Shown: positions 48,536-62,579 of the stretch, in pieces
How the letters are laid out: every line of letters starts with the position of its first letter
Numbering within the stretch: the first letter of the stretch is position 1
Source: Takakia lepidozioides
Lineage: Eukaryota > Plantae > Bryophyta
Length of the DNA: 64,000 nucleotides
Direction of reading: 5' to 3'
Assembly (NCBI GenBank): GCA_030704615.1
Contig: CM060733.1
Span: forward strand, 14,508,001 to 14,572,000
Notes under the pieces: generated by a model
What the model was told of the DNA's origin: nothing
Databases searched by the model: none
The model's input: only the letters and a program-made list of their open reading frames with translations
Position numbers and translations under genes: made by a program

Positions 48536-51500
48536 CACATATGGAGGTTCTCACTGTTATATTTTTCTATGTTTCCCAGATCCCTAGCATTGTCACCCAT
48601 GACGTAGGACCTAATAAAGAACGCAGAAACGACCGTTGCAGTTAGGACATCAAATAGAGTCTCTGGAGATACGGCAGCAGGGACAACTTTTGAGCAAAGA
48701 ATATACTTAACCGCAGAAACGACCTCTGTAGTTTACACGCTTGAAACAAATGAAGATAGAATAAGCTGAGGCGCAGTAAGGAAGACGTGCTAGGACCCAT
48801 AACCTATTGGAGTATAAAGCATAAAGCATTCCTAGCAGGCAGCACCCACACATGGTATCTTTAGCAAGCAAGCATACTGTATTACAACGAAACACTTCTC
48901 ACAACGTACCAGACATTGGTACCATGAAGTGCAACAAATCCTAGACACGGAGCTCTCCTAAGCTCTGATAGAGGCCCTAAAACACACTGCACAAGTATGA
49001 GAGACTGACGTCTTAGCCTGAGTATAAGCTAGGTGCTACTGGGGTTCTTGCTTGCCCCGACGGTTAGGATTCTTGAGCGGTTGCACACAACTTGGTCCTC
49101 TTTCAAACAGCATAGTGCTGCGCTGACATTTCCCACCAACTGGAAATGCTACAATACTCCCACTCAGCATTGTGCTGAACAATTTGAAAGTTAGGAACGA
49201 TACCACTCTCCCACTTCAGCACATGTGCTGGTGCTCTAGCCACTTGCAGAAGTGATTCCCATGAGTGCACGAAGTCGTTGGAAACGATCCCGAGACAAAA
49301 GTTTGGTGAGGATGTCCGCTGCTTGGTCATCTGTTGGGATGTAGATCATAGCTAGCGTCACATCTGTCTGTCTCTCCCGAATGATTATGAAACTTGAGGC
49401 TGATATGCTTGGTAATGTTATGAAAAACCAGATTCATGACCAAACGAATGGCCGACTGATTGTTGCAGTATAGTGGTGTTGGAGCTAGCTGTGGATATCC
49501 AAGGTCGTCAAGAAGGCCACGAAGCCATCGTAGCTCGCTGCTAGCCAGACGTGCTGCTACATACTCGGATTCGGTAGTACTTGCAGCGGTGCAAGTTTGC
49601 TTCCTACTTCCCCATGCAACAGCTCCACCATTAAGCATAAGTAGAAATCATGACCTTGATTTTCTATCATCGGGGTCCGCTGCAAAATCAACATCGCAGT
49701 ATACTGAGAGTAAGTTCGGTTTTCTTGTCGAACCATAGGTGAGTCGGAGATCGAGAGTGCCCTTGAGATATTTGATGAATATCCGCTTGACTGCTGAAAC
49801 ATGCGGTGGTCGAGGCTGGTTGCTGAATCTTGAGATGCTGCTGACTGAGTATGAAATATCAGCTTGTGTGCCAAGGCTGGCAAATTGCAATGATCCAACT
49901 GCTTCTTTATAGGGGAAGACCGGTAGTGAGTCCGTGCTATCGGACATACAGTGAGCTGAACTGCGCTGCTGGGATCGGATGGAACGGCCACGGGGTTGCA
50001 ATTCTCGTGGTTAAAACGCTTCAACACCCTTTCGATGTACCGCTGTTGATCAAGGTGGATTAGCCTGCGATCACAATCCCTGACTATGTGGAGGCCAACA
50101 TAGATTTTAGCTGTTCCTCAGGTGATGTTGAAACCTCCCTCCATATAATCCAGGACATCTTCGATCTTTGATATCTTTGGGCTGCAAGCTATGTCATCGT
50201 CGACCCAGATTGACATGAGGAGCCGCGGGTTCGCGTTGCTGACATATACGCAGCAATCATGCGATGATTGTAGAAAGTAGTGTTGCTTGAGAAAAGAATT
50301 GAACTTTTGGTTCCAAATTCTTGATGATTGCTTTAAACCGTATATGGCCTTCTTGAGACAGCAAACCTTGTCTGACTATAGCGGGTCTTTGAAACCGATA
50401 GGCTGGTCCATAAATATCACCTCATCGATTTCCCCGTATAAGAATGCGGTGGTGTGATCTCCATATCCTCGGCTGCAGCAATAGACAGTATGGTGCGGAT
50501 CGAGTCAAATTTGACTACAGGACTAAAGGTCTTGTCTTAGTCTATTCCCTCACGCTGGGTAAATCCCTTAGCCACCAACCTGGCTTTAAAACGGTTGAAT
50601 GCAAGCTTAAGCTTGTAGATCCATTCACACTTTACTGTCTTCCTGCCAAGGGGTAGAGATTCTAGTTCCCACGTGTCATTGCTCATCAAGGAATCATATT
50701 CCGCTCTCATGGCTAGCTGCCAATCTTCCTTCTCAGGTGAGCTCATGGCTTGGTCAAAGGAGCTGGGCTCGTCTGTTGTATACTGCTCCTCGATGTATGT
50801 CATGCAGGCATACAAGTTGTGATTCACTGGATAAATCCAGTCTCCATATCGTGTCGGAGGATTGCGGGCTTGAGCTTGTCGCTGTGGTAGCTGTTGGTCG
50901 CCATCGGGCTGCTGATATGGTATGGGCTATTCTTCCTCTTGCAACGGAGAATAAACCTCTGGCTTATGTAGTAGGTCGATCTGTACGTCCTCCCACTCTC
51001 CTAGATCAGCCTCATGTGAATCACTACCTTTGCGTCCTGAACTGTTGTGGTCAGAAGACTGGGTTCCACCAATGTTTCCTTCGCCAAAGCCACTCTCTGG
51101 TAAGCTTGGGATTAGGGGGCTGCTTACCACCTCTTGAGATTCTACAAGGTTCAATGCAACTGCTGGTTGGGCCTGTGCTTGAGGTACAAGTACTCCCACT
51201 GGCTGAATGCCTGGGGCAACTTGTGCGGCTCCCACTAGCCGTGGAGGCGCTTGCAGAAGAGCTATGTTGCCAAGTGGTTGCGTAAGCTCTTCTAACCAGA
51301 TCGATTCCCCTCTGGTTTGTGCTTCTGTTGAAAGGCCTGCAAGATCTTCGTCAAACAAAACGTCTCGACTCTCCTCAATCCGTCTGGTATCATTGAACTA
51401 GATGTGATATGCTTTACTCGTACTAGAGTAACCCATGAACAGCCCCTTCTTCGACTTAGGAGATAGCTTGTGTCGCAATTCCTTCGGCGTGTGTACATAA

Positions 51501-53030
51501 ACATCGGATCCAAATATTCGAACATGTGAAACTGATGGCTTTATGCCAAACCATGCCTCATAAGGAGTTCGCCCAACAAGTGTCCTTATTCCAGTTCAGT
51601 TGAGAATGTAGACTCTATGCACTGTTTCTCCCCAAAAACGAACGTGGACATTAGCCGCATACAACATGCTTCTGGCCGCTTCTATGATCATGCGATTATC
51701 ACGCTCTGAAACACCATTTTGTTCAGGCGTGTAGACAGCAGTGAGCTCCTGCTTGATCTCTTGCTGGTCGAGATAATATGTGAAAGCTCGACTGGTATAC
51801 TCTGTTCCGCAGTCGTTGTGGACAATCTGTACTGTGTGATCTGTTTCTCTTCGCAGTTGTGAGACAAATCGCTTGAAACTCGCAAGAGAATCGGGTTTGT
51901 GCTTGATGCATTCAATTACTCAAAATCTAGTACAGTCATCTTTGAAGAGAACGAAGTAGAGTGAACCGCCGACAAGAATGCAATATTGAGCAGCCCGCAG
52001 AGATCTGTGTGGATGAGATCACCTGGGGGCTGGGGCTGTCGTCTTCTGTCAAGGATCGTCCCAGTGGAATGTTGTTCGGTGCTGCTTGCCATAGGCGCAG
52101 CCTTCACAAAACTTGTGATCGTTGGTCTAAAGAATGAGACCATGTACTAGGCTCTGCGACGCCATTGCTCGGATGGTTGCATGGTTGACATGTGCAAGCC
52201 GATGATGCCATACGTCGATGGTCTGGGTACTTTCCTTCGTCGTTACAAGATTAAATGAGGCTGTGGCTAGAGCTTGGCAAGCTGAAGCTGGTTGGATTGT
52301 AGGCACAATATGTACTTCTGATGAAGCTAGTGACACAGCTTTGAAAAATAACCGATACATTCTTCGATGGATGACGTCAGTCATAACAACCTGCCCTGCT
52401 TCTAAAACTTGGCAGCCATTTTGCATCAACAGGGTGTACATTTTCTTTGAGCAGCAACATAGGACGAGAATAGGTTGCGACCAAGGCCTGGTAGATGGAC
52501 GACTCCTTTGAGTACTCCAAATGTGTAACTGCCCTTGCACCAAATCTTGATTACAATATCCTCTATGTCTGCTACATACAATGTGACTCCACCGATATCC
52601 ATGACAGGCCGTTTCTCTACAGAGATGTCTCGGTAGGTAGAAAAGAAAGAACGCTCTTGGCACATGTGATCAGTACTACCACTATCGACATACCAGTAAG
52701 AGTGTGCTGTGGAAGTCTCAGAAGAGCTAGTCATGAACGCTTTGTATGCTCCGAACTGATTCTTGGACGCCTTGGGTAGTTCTGAAGCGGTCTTGAGCTC
52801 CATCTGAGCTGCTTGGTAGGCTTCTTGCTCCCTGGATCAATCTGATACTCCTTGCCCCAATGGCCGGTCTTGCCACACTTCCAACACTTAGTGTTCTTCT
52901 TCTTGTCGTTAATTTCTTTACGACGTCGGGCTCTCTCTCTTTGGTATACTTGAATGCCCATCCGATATAGAAGAGGAGTCTTGGTTACTACCAGAACCGG
53001 ATGAAGCTGCCGCTGCTAAGTATGCAGCTC
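48536..53030 (-). mobile_element. Ty1/Copia degenerate copy: gag C-half, protease, integrase, RT, RNase H, LTR, then PBS + gag start
   Basis: VDSGSTDHM, WHHRLAH, LIHTDLCG, KARLVAKGFTQ, YKEAVGSL, SRKQTCTAASTTESEY; many frameshifts. Confidence 0.92.
48805..49156 (-). repeat. Copia LTR with TATTG...CAATA termini
   Basis: On the minus strand PPT gagtgggag precedes TATTG; ends CAATA immediately before PBS ggttatgggtcc. The last ~55 bp match 47229-47284. Confidence 0.75.
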
Positions 53031-53249
53031 TAGCGGTCTAGATGTCATCCCAAAAAAATCAAAAATCAAAATATATAAAATTGGGACCGCTAGTTCTGGC
53101 CATCCCGATTTATCAAAAAATAAAAATAAAGACTGCCAACTCTAGCAATCTCGATTATATCTAATTAGTTTTTTAGTTTTTGTATAAATCGGGACCCTCG
53201 ATTTTGTCCAATCAAAAAATAAAAATGCGAACCATCCCTAGGTGGCGGT

Positions 53250-53720
53250 TCTGTTCAAGGTCGGAGATCGTGTATGGCTCCTTCGACGGAACATACAAAC
53301 CTCGTGACCATCAAGGAAGTTGTCCATTATCAACGCCTGGGATCATTCAAAATTAATCGTCAAATTAATCCAGTCAGTTTTCAGCTTGAACTTCCACGAA
53401 GTATGTGCCTCCACCCAGTCTTACATGTCCTATTATTAGAGTTCTATCATCACTCAAGTATCTATGTGAGAGTTTTTGTACCACCTCCACCAATTGAAGT
53501 CAATCATGAAATCGAGTATGAAGTCGACGAAGTCCTAGACTCTCGCATCAAGTATGGACGTCTTGAGTATTTCGGACATTGAAAATGCTACAACATTAGC
53601 GAAAATACGTGGGAACCATCATCCAACCTCGCCAATGCATCTGACAAAGTCCAAGAGTTTTCAATCACATATCCAACTAAAGCCTCGAGCCATACGTTAA
53701 TAAGTCGTCACAGCGATGGT
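53250..53720 (+). mobile_element. Ty3/Gypsy chromovirus integrase C-terminus with chromodomain (remnant)
   Basis: [24 protein letters not shown], then [11 protein letters not shown]...LEY..*..Y..SENTWEPSSNLAN. Confidence 0.85.
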
Positions 53721-54669
53721 GTCAGTCAAGTTAGCTTCAAGGTGAAGACTCCACATTCAGTGTACCTAATACACGCTAAGGAAAGGGGAGCACCACACAT
53801 CAGTATATATAGCTACACTTCAATGCATCTTGTATTGACAGCATGGGGTCATAGGAATTGGGTACATTGGAGCTGTCGCTTACCCAACTTCTAGGCCAGC
53901 CGTTCCGACTCTTGCAACCTTCACGACGACGTTCTCGGGACAACGGGCTATCAATGCGACGCGTGCTTCCTCGTCTAGATCTTGTGCGACGGCAAGTGGA
54001 GGATATTCGAAGCCTAATAATTTTGTTGGAGATTAAGGATTCGGATCCTGAGGGCAACGGAATCATATTTGAAGGCAGATTCGAAAATCAGAATGCTCAA
54101 ATCACTGCGGGACACTATCGATGGTTGCAGGACCCTATAAATCATTTGAGTCAAGAACGAAAAGCCGAGTATTTGGCAAGTACAATTCGCCGAATTTTGG
54201 ATTTCCTTCAACTCCAAGCAAACCCAAGATTTTACCGCTCCTCGAGGAACTCGACGCTAAATAAAGGGGTGATGTTTCTCAAGACACTTCCCTTGGCAGG
54301 GGAAGCTTCTCAGGAGACTTCCCTTAGTTATGGAAGCTTATTAAGAAACTTCCTAATAGCCAGTATATATAGGAGGTTTTTATTTTTATTTTTATTTTTT
54401 AGGAGGCGAGATTGAACACTCTTCAGTCTCGCCAACACAAGTTCAAGCTACTCTTGTTCCCAGTTCCAGTACTCTAGTCTAGTTTCCAGTATTCCAAGAT
54501 TCAAGCCCAGTTCCAGTATCTTGTACCCGTCCTTGTTATAAAGTTCATGTTGATTCCTATTTACCCATCATGTATTCGGCCACGCCGACCTTGGCTTCTT
54601 GTCTAGTCCTGTACCTCTAGTCCGATCTCTTGTTTGTGCTCAGTCATGTTCTTGTCCCTGAAAATGAAC

Positions 54670-55100
54670 ATCTTCAAAACCTTGCTTTACTAATTGAAGC
54701 CCCTCAATATCATGCCATTTTAAATGGTGATGACCTCGACTATCAACGCCTTCGTAAATCGCCACATAATTTTGAGGGCAGTAAAGTCACTCGCCCCAAA
54801 CATCTCACCCACATTCAATAGTGAATCTCCAGTTGTCTGTCTCCAAAGCCCTAGTATCACCTGCTTGGCTACACTCGAATGTTTGTCTTTAATCTCTCGA
54901 AGTCCATGAGGTGGTTTTATCAACAAATCAGGAGTGAGTAGATCACGAATATACTGAAAAATTGGAACAAATACCCTAAACAATCTTCAAAAGCGCTCCT
55001 CATCATCTCTCATGACAATGCCGACGAATTGATCCCACCAATGGATTGAGCGAGGTTTTACATACCATGGTCCATAATCCATTCCTAGTAATGTTAATTT
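54670..55100 (-). pseudogene. PIF/Harbinger transposase N-terminal fragment
   Basis: RSIHWWDQF...DEERF*RLFRV..IF..I..LL...SVAKQVILGLWRQTTGDSLLNVGEMFG.S..TA..I.WRF..AL, a HARBI1-like HTH region. Confidence 0.75.
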
Positions 55101-57989
55101 TTGTGAGCAATTCTTCAAATGTGAACGTAACAATTGCCTCTTCATCTTCTTGGAGTGATAGCCGGAAGTAAATTGACAGTAAATCGATTCTTTGATGTCC
55201 TAACCATGCCCAATCCTTGTTGTGCAGTAAAATGCAAACTCGTAACCACAGCTGTAGAAGCGCCTACACGCTAAGACGAGACTTGGGCGCACGCGGCCAA
55301 GGTGACGACATACTAGCTAGGGGAGGGGTTGTGGTGAGTCGCGGTATAGGGAGAGGAAAGACAGATCGCAACCCGTCTTATTGTCGCCCTTACAGTACAG
55401 TTCAAACATTTCCAAGTTACCGCTAGTTATACCGAATTGGTAGCCTACTATGTTGTCTTTGCAGCTTCATACTGTCATTTTGACACCAGAGTCCCACTCA
55501 ATGCTCGTCTCAGACTTAATCTAATTCATAAGTGCTTCACCAGCGATTCCCCAATTAACTAACAACATGTTATGTTTTGGCAGTACAATGCCGAAACTGT
55601 CTGGCTAAAGATAAAAAGACGATCCGAAAATAAAATTTTACCCATTTATGCATCTACATATATGGCGACCAATGGGGAACACTCGTCCCGAGTGCAAAGA
55701 AATCCAGGATCTCTGGTTCGTAAATCCCCCTACTAGGGTATCCCTGATATCCCTTGGAGTCAACGACTCTCTTGAAAAGATGGAAAAATAAAAGTTTCCC
55801 ATGGGCTCTTCCTCTGCGGAGAGAGTTCGTCTTCCGGGAGAGAAGTGGAAAATAAAAATAAATAGACAAAAAATACTTCAAAGCCACCCGACTCGCCCTC
55901 TTCGGAGAGAGTTTGAGTTCCCAGATAAAAACATTTCAAAACCGCCATTCTCCCCCACCGGACTGGGTTCGAATCCCCTAGATGATGAATGAAGATATGC
56001 ACGGTACAAATTGATGGTCCTCCTTTAAAATAGCCTTGGAAGGACTTTTGGTTCCTATGCTAAAATGAAAAACGATTAGATACTCGAGGACCCTACTCCC
56101 ATGGGTGCCCCAGATTTCCTTCGGGTGCCCCAAACTAAGACCTAATCAGAGGGATGCTCCTGTCAGGATGCTCCAGGGAGGCCGTCTGCTCCTACCATCC
56201 GAAAAAGATTGGATACTCAAGGACCCTACTCATAGTAAACGCACCAAAATATAAGGACCATGGTACAATACTTGACTATCCGTGACTGGATACTTGCGGA
56301 CCCTACCCTGGAGTACGCACCATTTCTAAATTCCTACACAGATGTCACAGGCCCTTCTGCGTTTCCTGTGCCTGATCTCCCTCAATTCTGTGAGGGGAGC
56401 AACAACCACTGCTCTGAAGCTCACATTTTACCCCCTCACTGATTTTCTGACTTTTCTTTCTCTACGAGGAATGCTGCATCGGGATAAGGTGACAATGACA
56501 AAAAGGTCTAAAGTTAGAATCCATGTACGGGTTGTCGCAGTGCTCCATACAGGGAGCATCGGTATTGCAGAATGCTTGATACAACAAGCATTTACTTTTT
56601 CCTTGACACATGCACTAGCAAACACAGATTTATTCTATGATATAGAAAGACAAGTAATGATCGACAGTATGCATTGAACAAGAGTGCATATATTAGCCAA
56701 CTCATTGTAATTCCCATTCCTGCACCTATGGTTCATCACTTGGTGAAGAAGAAAAGAAACTCACAACGAGTGATTAACAACGAAGATGTAGAAGTCTTCT
56801 ACCTTGGCAAATGAATGGTCATAGCTTTCCTAGCTTACGCCATATCAAACAAATCATACTTCCTATAAAGTTGGGTTAGATTACCGCACTCTATGTGCCC
56901 CGTATCCCAAGGTCTGTCCTTGTAGACTCCAATAACTACCCGAAAATCAAACTGGAGAATAAAACACCTCTTCAATGCAACTTAGTTGCCCCACATCCCA
57001 AGGTCTACTTTGGAACTTCAAGAAAGGGTGTACAACAACCTAATGGATAAGAGTCCTATTGACTGCTGCCCAGCGGAGGAGTTTCATTGGATTATTGCAA
57101 CTTAGTTGCCCCACACTCCATCTTGTTATGGAGCTCCAATAACCAATGAGTCAATGGATAGGAAATACTAACATTTCCTTCCGACAACCAGGATAAAATT
57201 CTATAGATTTTTCCCGACAGGCTCAATGGCCCAGATCAATAGGAGGACGAAGGCATGTCATCACTATGTTCCATGATGAGTTGAGACACAAAGCAGATGG
57301 CAGGAAAGAGGGATGGCTATGGATGTCCTGGCGGGCGGACATGGCAGGGACCCCTGACCACCCCACATGCCCCTTCCGGCAGCCATGCATGGTACTCACA
57401 TATAAGGACGCCACGTTGCAGGTCAACCGACGTGGCGTCCCTCTAGCCATGCGATTCATGCAACCCCATGCATGCCAAAAAACATTCGGGCGGCGCATTT
57501 ATTCAATCTGCATGCTCTAAAGCCCGTTAAAAAACTATTTTCAAGCGACATATTTCATCTTTAGGATGCAGGTTCATCCGACTTCATCTGCGACAATGGT
57601 GGGCCCCGAAAAACTCAAGCGACCCGATTTGGGTCGCTTGAGCATTTAGGGGTTAAAGGACATTTTCATCTATGGAGGGCAAAGTTCTTAACGGATTTCA
57701 TCCATTCAAAGTTCATAACAAAGCTGACAAGATGGGCTTTAAAATGTTTGTAAGCAAATTGTATTTGGACAAGATTAGCGAATTATCCATCTATGTGTAG
57801 GAGGAGGGGTCCAACATAGAGCTTGTAAGGTCAATAGGTCATCTAAGCATCCATAATTGTTGCAACCTTACTGATATCACAGGGTTTGATACGTTACATG
57901 AGCATGGTTGAGTTCCATCATTACACACGAAAGTGGTCAATGTGGTCATATTTTAAGGTAAACAAGCATTAGCTTCTTGCCATGTGCAG

Positions 57990-58080
57990 TCCACCTAATA
58001 CCATGCAATGGTGTGCTTTAAACAAATCTGCTTGATTTGGAAGACCGTGCAGGGACAACTGTAGACATGAAGATACCTAT
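57990..58080 (-). pseudogene. possible SWIM-like Zn finger of a decayed MULE transposase
   Basis: YSCPCTVFQIKQICLKHTIAW; flanks are too degraded to confirm. Confidence 0.3.
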
Positions 58081-60379
58081 AGTTGTTCGAAGCTTTACGA
58101 TAGTCAATCCTTAGTCAATTGTGCAGCCATAGGTGACAAGACATCAAGTAATATCACATGTGTTGATTATTCATCAGTGGTGATCATTATGTTCGGTCAT
58201 AGGTCTGTGTCCAGTGATAGGCCTCAGTGCCCTACTTATAGAGTTCCACGGATAAATTCTGATGCCATCGCCGATGAAAGATGAAGATCATATGTGGGTG
58301 AAGGTCGTCGTAGATGATGAGATGTGTCTGTGATGGTGCATGTTCTCCTGGCCTGACTTTTAGCTTATTCATTACTGTCTGACAGGTTCATCCCATGCCA
58401 TTAGTATTTACGGCGGGAGGCCGTTGCACAGCCTGACCCATGCTTGTTTGAGGTTATCCTAGAGCTTTGTGGCTGCATCTGGACCCTTCATTGATCTATG
58501 GGCCAGATCTGTTTGTAATATGGGCACCCCGTGCATGCTGCCAGGTGGGGGTATTGCCTCGCCCTAGGTTTGGGGTACATAAGCTTGTTCCTGACCTTAA
58601 GTCAGGGCCCTTCTTCTTGTATGTACAACATGGTGTACGGGCTTTTGGACGTGCTCTGAGAGCTTTGGATGTGTGTATATTGGCTCTACATATGTTATAC
58701 GTGATATCCTCTACATGTTCATCTCTCTTCTCGTGCTGTAGAGCTTGCTCCTTCCGAGCTCTTACACCCCGAGTTTAACGTGCCCTTGTGAGGACGGGAG
58801 AATCTCATTCAAGCACAAAGTATGGTGGAGTCTTGTGGGTAGTGGTGGCTCTACACGTACAGTGATTTTGCGCGGTTACCTCGGGTTCAATCTGGTTTTT
58901 GGAAGAAAGTTTTTAGCTCAAGAGGAAGTTACGATGGCGCACAACTCACTCTTCGCGTAGTGCAATTGCATCTGTTTGTCTTGCTTGTTCTTTGTGTGTT
59001 GCAATGGCTTTTGCAGTTTTCTGTAGCTTGACGGGGAATGCTTCCGCGAGAGCCTAGGAGCACATGAGCCCAGCCAGGCTCACGCCACGTCAGCAATGTT
59101 TCTCACGTAGAGGACCTAATTCCGCCGAAGTCACCTATTTCCGCGGAATGTAAGCCGATTGTCACACCCTAGGTTTTCCAACTTTATTTTGCGAAAAGTC
59201 TCCTCCCTCTTCAAAATTTTGTTTGTAGAGAAATCACGGGAGGTCTGTGAATGGTATTCGAGCACGGGTGCAGGCAATTTCACAGAGTATAATGTCCGAT
59301 TGCGTAATGAACACGAACGAGAATGACTTAGTTTCAACGAAGTTCCTTCCCCCTAATTCACATCCATTTTTTTAATGATTGACGATTTCCAGACATACAC
59401 TAGGAAATTCCTAAAGCTGCTCTGCGATATGTGTAAAAACATGATAGTAGAACAGGGTGTCAACACTTGTAATGCAAAACACCATTTATTAAGCCAGTCT
59501 TCATCAACCCCCTCAAAAACCCGAGGTTCCAAAGGAACTACTTCCAGACATGGTAGCAATGTCATCTACATATATGCTAGCCTGACTGCCACGTTTTTTT
59601 TTCTGCCAAGGCCCCCATAGAGAGGAGAACAGGCCGATTGCTGGGACAACACACGTGCAAATGCCTCCGCGTAAACAGGCAAGTAGAAACCACGGCGGAC
59701 TTGGAGTCAAGTTGTATCCTTGAAAACTGAAGGATGTCGCCGGTGATTGGTGCCGCACTTTGAAACGAACCAACCCGAATCGTGTCAAGAGTCACAATTG
59801 CGAGATTTCTAATTGAAGGAATCATTGGAATCACGGTTGGGAAATAAGCAAGGGAATGCCTTATCCGACCGCACGACAACAAACACAACTTACTCACACT
59901 TAAAATCAGAGTCCACGTCCAGATCTTCGTTAGGAACATCCGCCTCCTCGAGAACTGCCTCCTAGCGGGGGGCTGATGTTGAGCCCGAGATAAGCTGTTC
60001 AAGCTCGCTATCGAACTCTATTATATCGAAAGAGACGAATGAAATCCATAGCATAATCAAGGTTGCATTAAGACAACCTTGATTATGTACAACAAAACGA
60101 AGAACAACATGGCCAGCAATCATACAAAATGCAAAAAACATTCTTCAAGAAATGATGCTTTCATTTCTCAATTCAAGGTTGCGTCAATGCAAGGGTGATT
60201 TGCATCACCATCTTTATAAAATAAAGTAAAATAAAATGCTTTCATTTCTCAAATCAAGGTTGCATCAACGCGAGGTTGACTTGCATCACCCTCCCTAACC
60301 AAAAAAAAAAAAAAAACTTGTCAAACCTAGAGCGTGCTGTCGGTGGTGAGACTGGGGTGATGACTAGCCAACCATAAGA

Positions 60380-62180
60380 GTGTTTGCGGCCCGGTTATCA
60401 GCGTCACGTTCGTCAGTCAGCGTCAGGTCACGTCAGACCTGACGCTGACGGGACCTCCGTCACGTCAGGTTCGAGAAATATTCTGGTAAAAACAATACCA
60501 GGTAAAATACTACCACTTAAGCAGCCACGTCGCCGACACGGTGTCGGTGGCAAATACATTTTGAAAATTAACAAAATGAACACGACCGCCTATTCGCTTT
60601 ATTTTTCGAAATTAAAAAAAAATAGCGACCACCGTATTGGCGGTCGCTTCAATATTTATTTTCTTAAAAGCAAGATTGGCGGTCAAACTGGCGGTTGCCT
60701 TATTTTTTGAAATAGAAAAAGAAATAGCGACCGCCATATTGGGGATCGCTTCAAATGTTTTTTTTTAAAAGCAAGATTGGCGGTCGCACTGGCGGTCGTC
60801 TTATTTTTCGAATTAAAAAAATAAATAACGACCTCTATGCTGGCGGTCGCTTCAATTTATTGTCTTAAAAAAACAAGATTGGCAGTCGTATTGGCGGTCG
60901 CACGGTGGCAAATACATTTTTGAAAATTAACAAAATGAACGCGACCGCCAATTATGGCGGTCGCTTTATTTTTAAAAATTAAAAAATAAATAGCGACGCC
61001 GTATTGGCGGTCGCTTCAATTTTTATTTTTTTAAATGCAAGATTGGCGGTCGGACTGGCGGTCGCCTTATTTTTTGAAATAGAAAAAGAAATAGCGACCG
61101 CCATATTGGCGGTCGCTTCAAATGTTTTTTTTTTAAAAGCAAGATTGGCGGTCGCACTGGCAGTCGTCTTATTTTTCGAATTAAAAAAATAAATAGCGAC
61201 CGCTATGCTAGCGATCGCTTCAATTTATTGTCTTAAAAAAACAAGATTGGCAGTCGTATTGGCGGTCGCCTAATTTAAAAAAGAAAACAAGCGATTGCCG
61301 TATTGGCGGTCGCACGGTGGCAAATACATTTTTGAAAATTAACAAAATGAATGCGACCGCCAATTATGGCGGTCGCTTTATTTTTTTGAAATTAAAAAAT
61401 AAATAGCAACCGCCGTATTGCGGTTGCTTCATTTTTTTTTATGAAAGCAAGATTGGCAGTGGCACTCGCGGTCGCCTTATTTTTTGAAATAGAAAAAAAA
61501 ATAGCGACCGCCATATTGGCGGTCGCTTCAAATGTTTTTTTTTTTTAAAAGCAAGATTGGCGGTCGCACTGGCGGTCGCCTTATTTTTCGAATTAAAAAA
61601 ACAAATGGCGACTGCTATGCTGGCGGTCGCTTCAATTTATTGTTTAAAAATAATAATATTGGCGGTCGTATTGGCGGTCGCCTAATTTAAAAAAGAAAAC
61701 AAACGACCGCCGTATTGGCGGTCGCACGGTGGCAAATACATTTTTGAAAATTAACAAAATGAACGCGACCGCCAATTATGGCGGTCGCTTTGTTTTTCGA
61801 AACTAAAAAATAAATAGCGACCGCCGTATTGGCGGTCGCTTCAATTTTATTTTTTTAAAGCTAGATTGGCGGTCGCACTGGCGGTCGCCTTATTTTTCAA
61901 AATAGAAAAAGAAATAGCAACCGCCGTATTGGCGGTCGCTTCAATTGTTTATTTTTAAAGCAAGATTGGCGGTCGCACTAGCGGTCGCTTTATTTTTCGA
62001 ATTAAAAAAAGAAATAGCGACCGCTATCTTTGTAGTCGCTTAAATTTAAAAATATACAAAACAGAAGTTACCGCAATATTGCACAAAATGAAAGGAAATA
62101 AAAACGACCGCAGTAGTGGCGGTCGCTTGTTTTTCATAAAAAATACAAATACGGACCGTAGTATTAGCGGTCGCTTAATT
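60380..62180. repeat. array of GCGACCGCC-N5-GGCGGTCGC palindromes with ~410 bp higher-order period; probable hAT subterminal region
   Basis: ggtggcaaatacatttt recurs at ~60546, 60904, 61316 and 61728; dozens of ggcggtcgc motifs. Confidence 0.88.
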
Positions 62181-62579
62181 TCAAAATTACAACAAATATG
62201 GTTGTACAACCTTTTTTGGGTGGGCGCTATTGGTTCGTCATTTATTCATTTAACTTTCATTTCACTTTCATCTCTCTTGGATTATATATAAGGGAGGAGG
62301 GTCACCAAGCTCCTCACTTCTTTTGGCGCAAATACTTGAGGTTGCTTTGGATGTTCTCTTCTATTGAACGAGAGTGTAGCCCTAGATGAGGGTGCGCACC
62401 TTTTGCCGTTGTGGCTTCCACCAAAGCCACTTCAGCAGATTGTGTATAAGCTCAACACTACAACCCACATCGACCCACTTGGGTTGCTAACAGGTGTAGA
62501 AGTGTTGGGCTATCGCATTGCACTCTACATTCACAACACGTTTATTTATAGGTGACTGTTTTTTGTTGTTTGCATCGCT

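Noticed and set aside
53858-54415. 185-aa ORF after the chromodomain
   Set aside because: Non-ATG start, no motif, and located in probable Gypsy LTR/UTR sequence.
60540-62180. CRISPR-like palindromic repeats with spacers
   Set aside because: The spacers are themselves repeated AT-rich tracts, there are no cas genes, and the context is eukaryotic TE.
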